Positions 62,291 to 64,000 of a stretch of DNA of 64,000 bases are shown piece after piece. The stretch is from positions 384,001 through 448,000 of the forward strand of contig OY969814.1 in the NCBI GenBank assembly GCA_963703345.1. The letters are read 5' to 3'. Every line of letters begins with the position of its first letter. The first letter of the stretch is position 1. Below the pieces are notes generated by a model. That model saw only the letters and a program-made list of their open reading frames with translations. It was not told the DNA's origin and did not search any database. The translations under genes and the position numbers were made by a program. This DNA is from an uncultured Chloroflexia bacterium (GTDB lineage Bacteria > Chloroflexota > Dehalococcoidia > DSTF01 > JALHUB01).

Positions 62291-63868
62291 ATGAAAGTCG
62301 AATTGTACGACACGACGCTCCGCGACGGCACGCAGATGGAGGGAATCTCCCTCTCCGTCGAGGACAAGCTCAAGATCGCCCGCAAGCTGGACGAGCTGGG
62401 CGTCGATTACATCGAGGGCGGCTGGCCCGGTTCCAACCCCAAGGACGCCGAGTTCTTCGCCGCCGCCCGCTCGCTGCACCTTCAGAACGCCCGGATCGCC
62501 GCCTTCGGCAGCACGCGGCGCGCCGGCATTGAGGCTGAGAACGACCCCAACCTGCGCGCCCTCATCGACGCCGCGACGCCGGTGGTGACGCTGGTCGGCA
62601 AAGCGAACGAGATGCACGTGCGCCACATTCTCGAAACCTCGCTGGAAGAGAACCTGGCGATGATCGCCGATTCGGTCGCCTACTTAAAGGGCCGCGGCCT
62701 GATGGTCTTCTTCGACGCGGAGCACTTCTTCGACGGCTTCCGCGACAACCCCGACTACGCGCTCGCCTGCCTGCGCGCCGCCGCAGAGGCGGGCGCCGAT
62801 TGCCTGGTCCTCTGCGATACGAACGGGGGCACTATCCCTTCCAAGATCACTGAGGCTATCGCGGCGGCGCGCCGTGTGGGCGCCCCTCTGGGAATCCACG
62901 CTCACAACGACGCCGACCTCGCTGTCGCCAACACCCTCGCTGCCGTCGAGGCCGGCGCCACGCATGTGCAGGGCACGATAAATGGCTACGGCGAACGCTG
63001 CGGGAACGCCGACCTCGTCAGTATCATCGCCAATCTCAAGCTGAAGATGGGCATCGACTGCGTCAGCGACGAGCAACTGGCGCGCCTGACGGAGGTCTCG
63101 CACTACGTCAGCGAGGTCGCGAACATGGCGTCGAATCCGCAGGCGCCCTACGTCGGACTCAGCGCCTTCACGCATAAAGCCGGCATTCACGTCGCTGCCA
63201 TGGTCAAGCATCAGTCGAGCTACCAGCACATCGACCCGGCGCTGGTCGGCAACGAGAAGCGCGTGCTCGTCTCGGAGCTTGCCGGCTACCGGAACGTGAT
63301 GGCGAAGCTCAAGGAGCAAGGGTTCCACTTCGCCCTGAACAGCGACGACGCTAAGCGTCTCCTTCAGCAGGTGAAGGTGATGGAGTCGCAGGGCTACCAG
63401 TACGAAGGCGCCGAGGCCTCCTTCGAGCTGCTGGCCTGTCGCAGCCTGCCCGACTACCGGCCGCCGTTCGAGCTGCGCGACTTCCTGGTCGTCGTGCGCC
63501 GTCACAGCGACCCGGAGCGCGGCGAGGCCGGCGAGATGCTTGCCGAGGCGGCCGTCAAGGTACGCGTCGGCGACGAGACGATGCATACGGTGGCGGAGGG
63601 CGACGGCCCGGTCAACGCCCTCGACCTCGCGGTGCGCAAGGCGCTCACGGAGTTCCATCCGCTCCTGCAGACGGTGAAGCTAGTTGACTACAAGGTGCGT
63701 ATCGTCGACAGCCCGTCAGGCACGGCGGCCATCGTGCGCGTGCTCCTGGAATCGACCGACGGCGAGCATACATGGACGACCGTCGGCTGCTCACCGAACA
63801 TCATCGAAGCGAGCTGGCTGGCCCTGTCCGATAGCCTGGAGTGGTGGCTCACGCGCCGTCCCCACTGA
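62291..63868 (+). CDS. cimA: Citramalate synthase
   Basis: YDTTLRDGTQ, EGGWPGSNPKD, DAEHFFDG, HAHND, GYGERCGN, FTHKAGIH, DYKVRI. Confidence 0.92.
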   Translation: MKVELYDTTLRDGTQMEGISLSVEDKLKIARKLDELGVDYIEGGWPGSNPKDAEFFAAARSLHLQNARIAAFGSTRRAGIEAENDPNLRALIDAATPVVTLVGKANEMHVRHILETSLEENLAMIADSVAYLKGRGLMVFFDAEHFFDGFRDNPDYALACLRAAAEAGADCLVLCDTNGGTIPSKITEAIAAARRVGAPLGIHAHNDADLAVANTLAAVEAGATHVQGTINGYGERCGNADLVSIIANLKLKMGIDCVSDEQLARLTEVSHYVSEVANMASNPQAPYVGLSAFTHKAGIHVAAMVKHQSSYQHIDPALVGNEKRVLVSELAGYRNVMAKLKEQGFHFALNSDDAKRLLQQVKVMESQGYQYEGAEASFELLACRSLPDYRPPFELRDFLVVVRRHSDPERGEAGEMLAEAAVKVRVGDETMHTVAEGDGPVNALDLAVRKALTEFHPLLQTVKLVDYKVRIVDSPSGTAAIVRVLLESTDGEHTWTTVGCSPNIIEASWLALSDSLEWWLTRRPH

Positions 63869-63892
63869 CGGCTGAACGTTTTCGAGGCCGAG

Positions 63893-64000
63893 ATGAACAT
63901 TCTCATGCTCTCCGCCCTCGACGTGTGGTCGCTGGCGGACGGCCGCGGCGCCCCAAGCCTCTACCGCACCCTGAAAGCGTACGGGGAGCGCGGGCACCAC
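63893..64000 (+). CDS. Probable glycosyltransferase (GT4-like) N-terminus, truncated by the window edge
   Basis: MNILMLSALDVWSL..G.GA....TLKAYGERGH. Confidence 0.55.
   Translation, partial: MNILMLSALDVWSLADGRGAPSLYRTLKAYGERGHH

Overview
High-GC bacterial chromosomal window, most likely Chloroflexota/Dehalococcoidia-like. This is inferred from the dnaA-obgE-nadD><gyrB...ilvE gene order, which I recall from Dehalococcoides; no search was run. The window probably spans the replication origin: dnaA lies at 23.9-25.3 kb and gene orientation shifts from mostly minus to mostly plus there. Most genes are housekeeping: trpB2, trpS, asd/dapA/dapB, pnp, rpsO, pepA, DUF47/pit, ilvE, gyrB, nadD, obgE, dnaA, coaX/coaBC, ychF, tatA, csoR/copA, murT/gatD, lgt, cysO/cysM/mec, folP/folK, gcvTH/PA/PB, cimA. 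Main unusual content: (1) an intact 3,020-bp IS1595-family element (24-bp TIRs, 8-bp TSD) carrying a tightly spaced 4-gene cargo operon (unknown, unknown, HEPN, micro-protein); (2) a recurrent GTCGAC->GTCAAC/GTTGAC signature that changes conserved residues in four unrelated enzymes; (3) two surface-protein genes built from a Cys-pair module I do not recognise, one of which looks like a two-in-one polyprotein; (4) a 7xGAF-GGDEF-HD-GYP sensor; (5) a TatA-zinc-ribbon fusion; (6) a structured leader upstream of asd; (7) a CTG-initiated M23 lipoprotein; (8) a dispersed 23-bp palindrome that also occurs inside coding sequences. No rRNA, tRNA or CRISPR array was seen.
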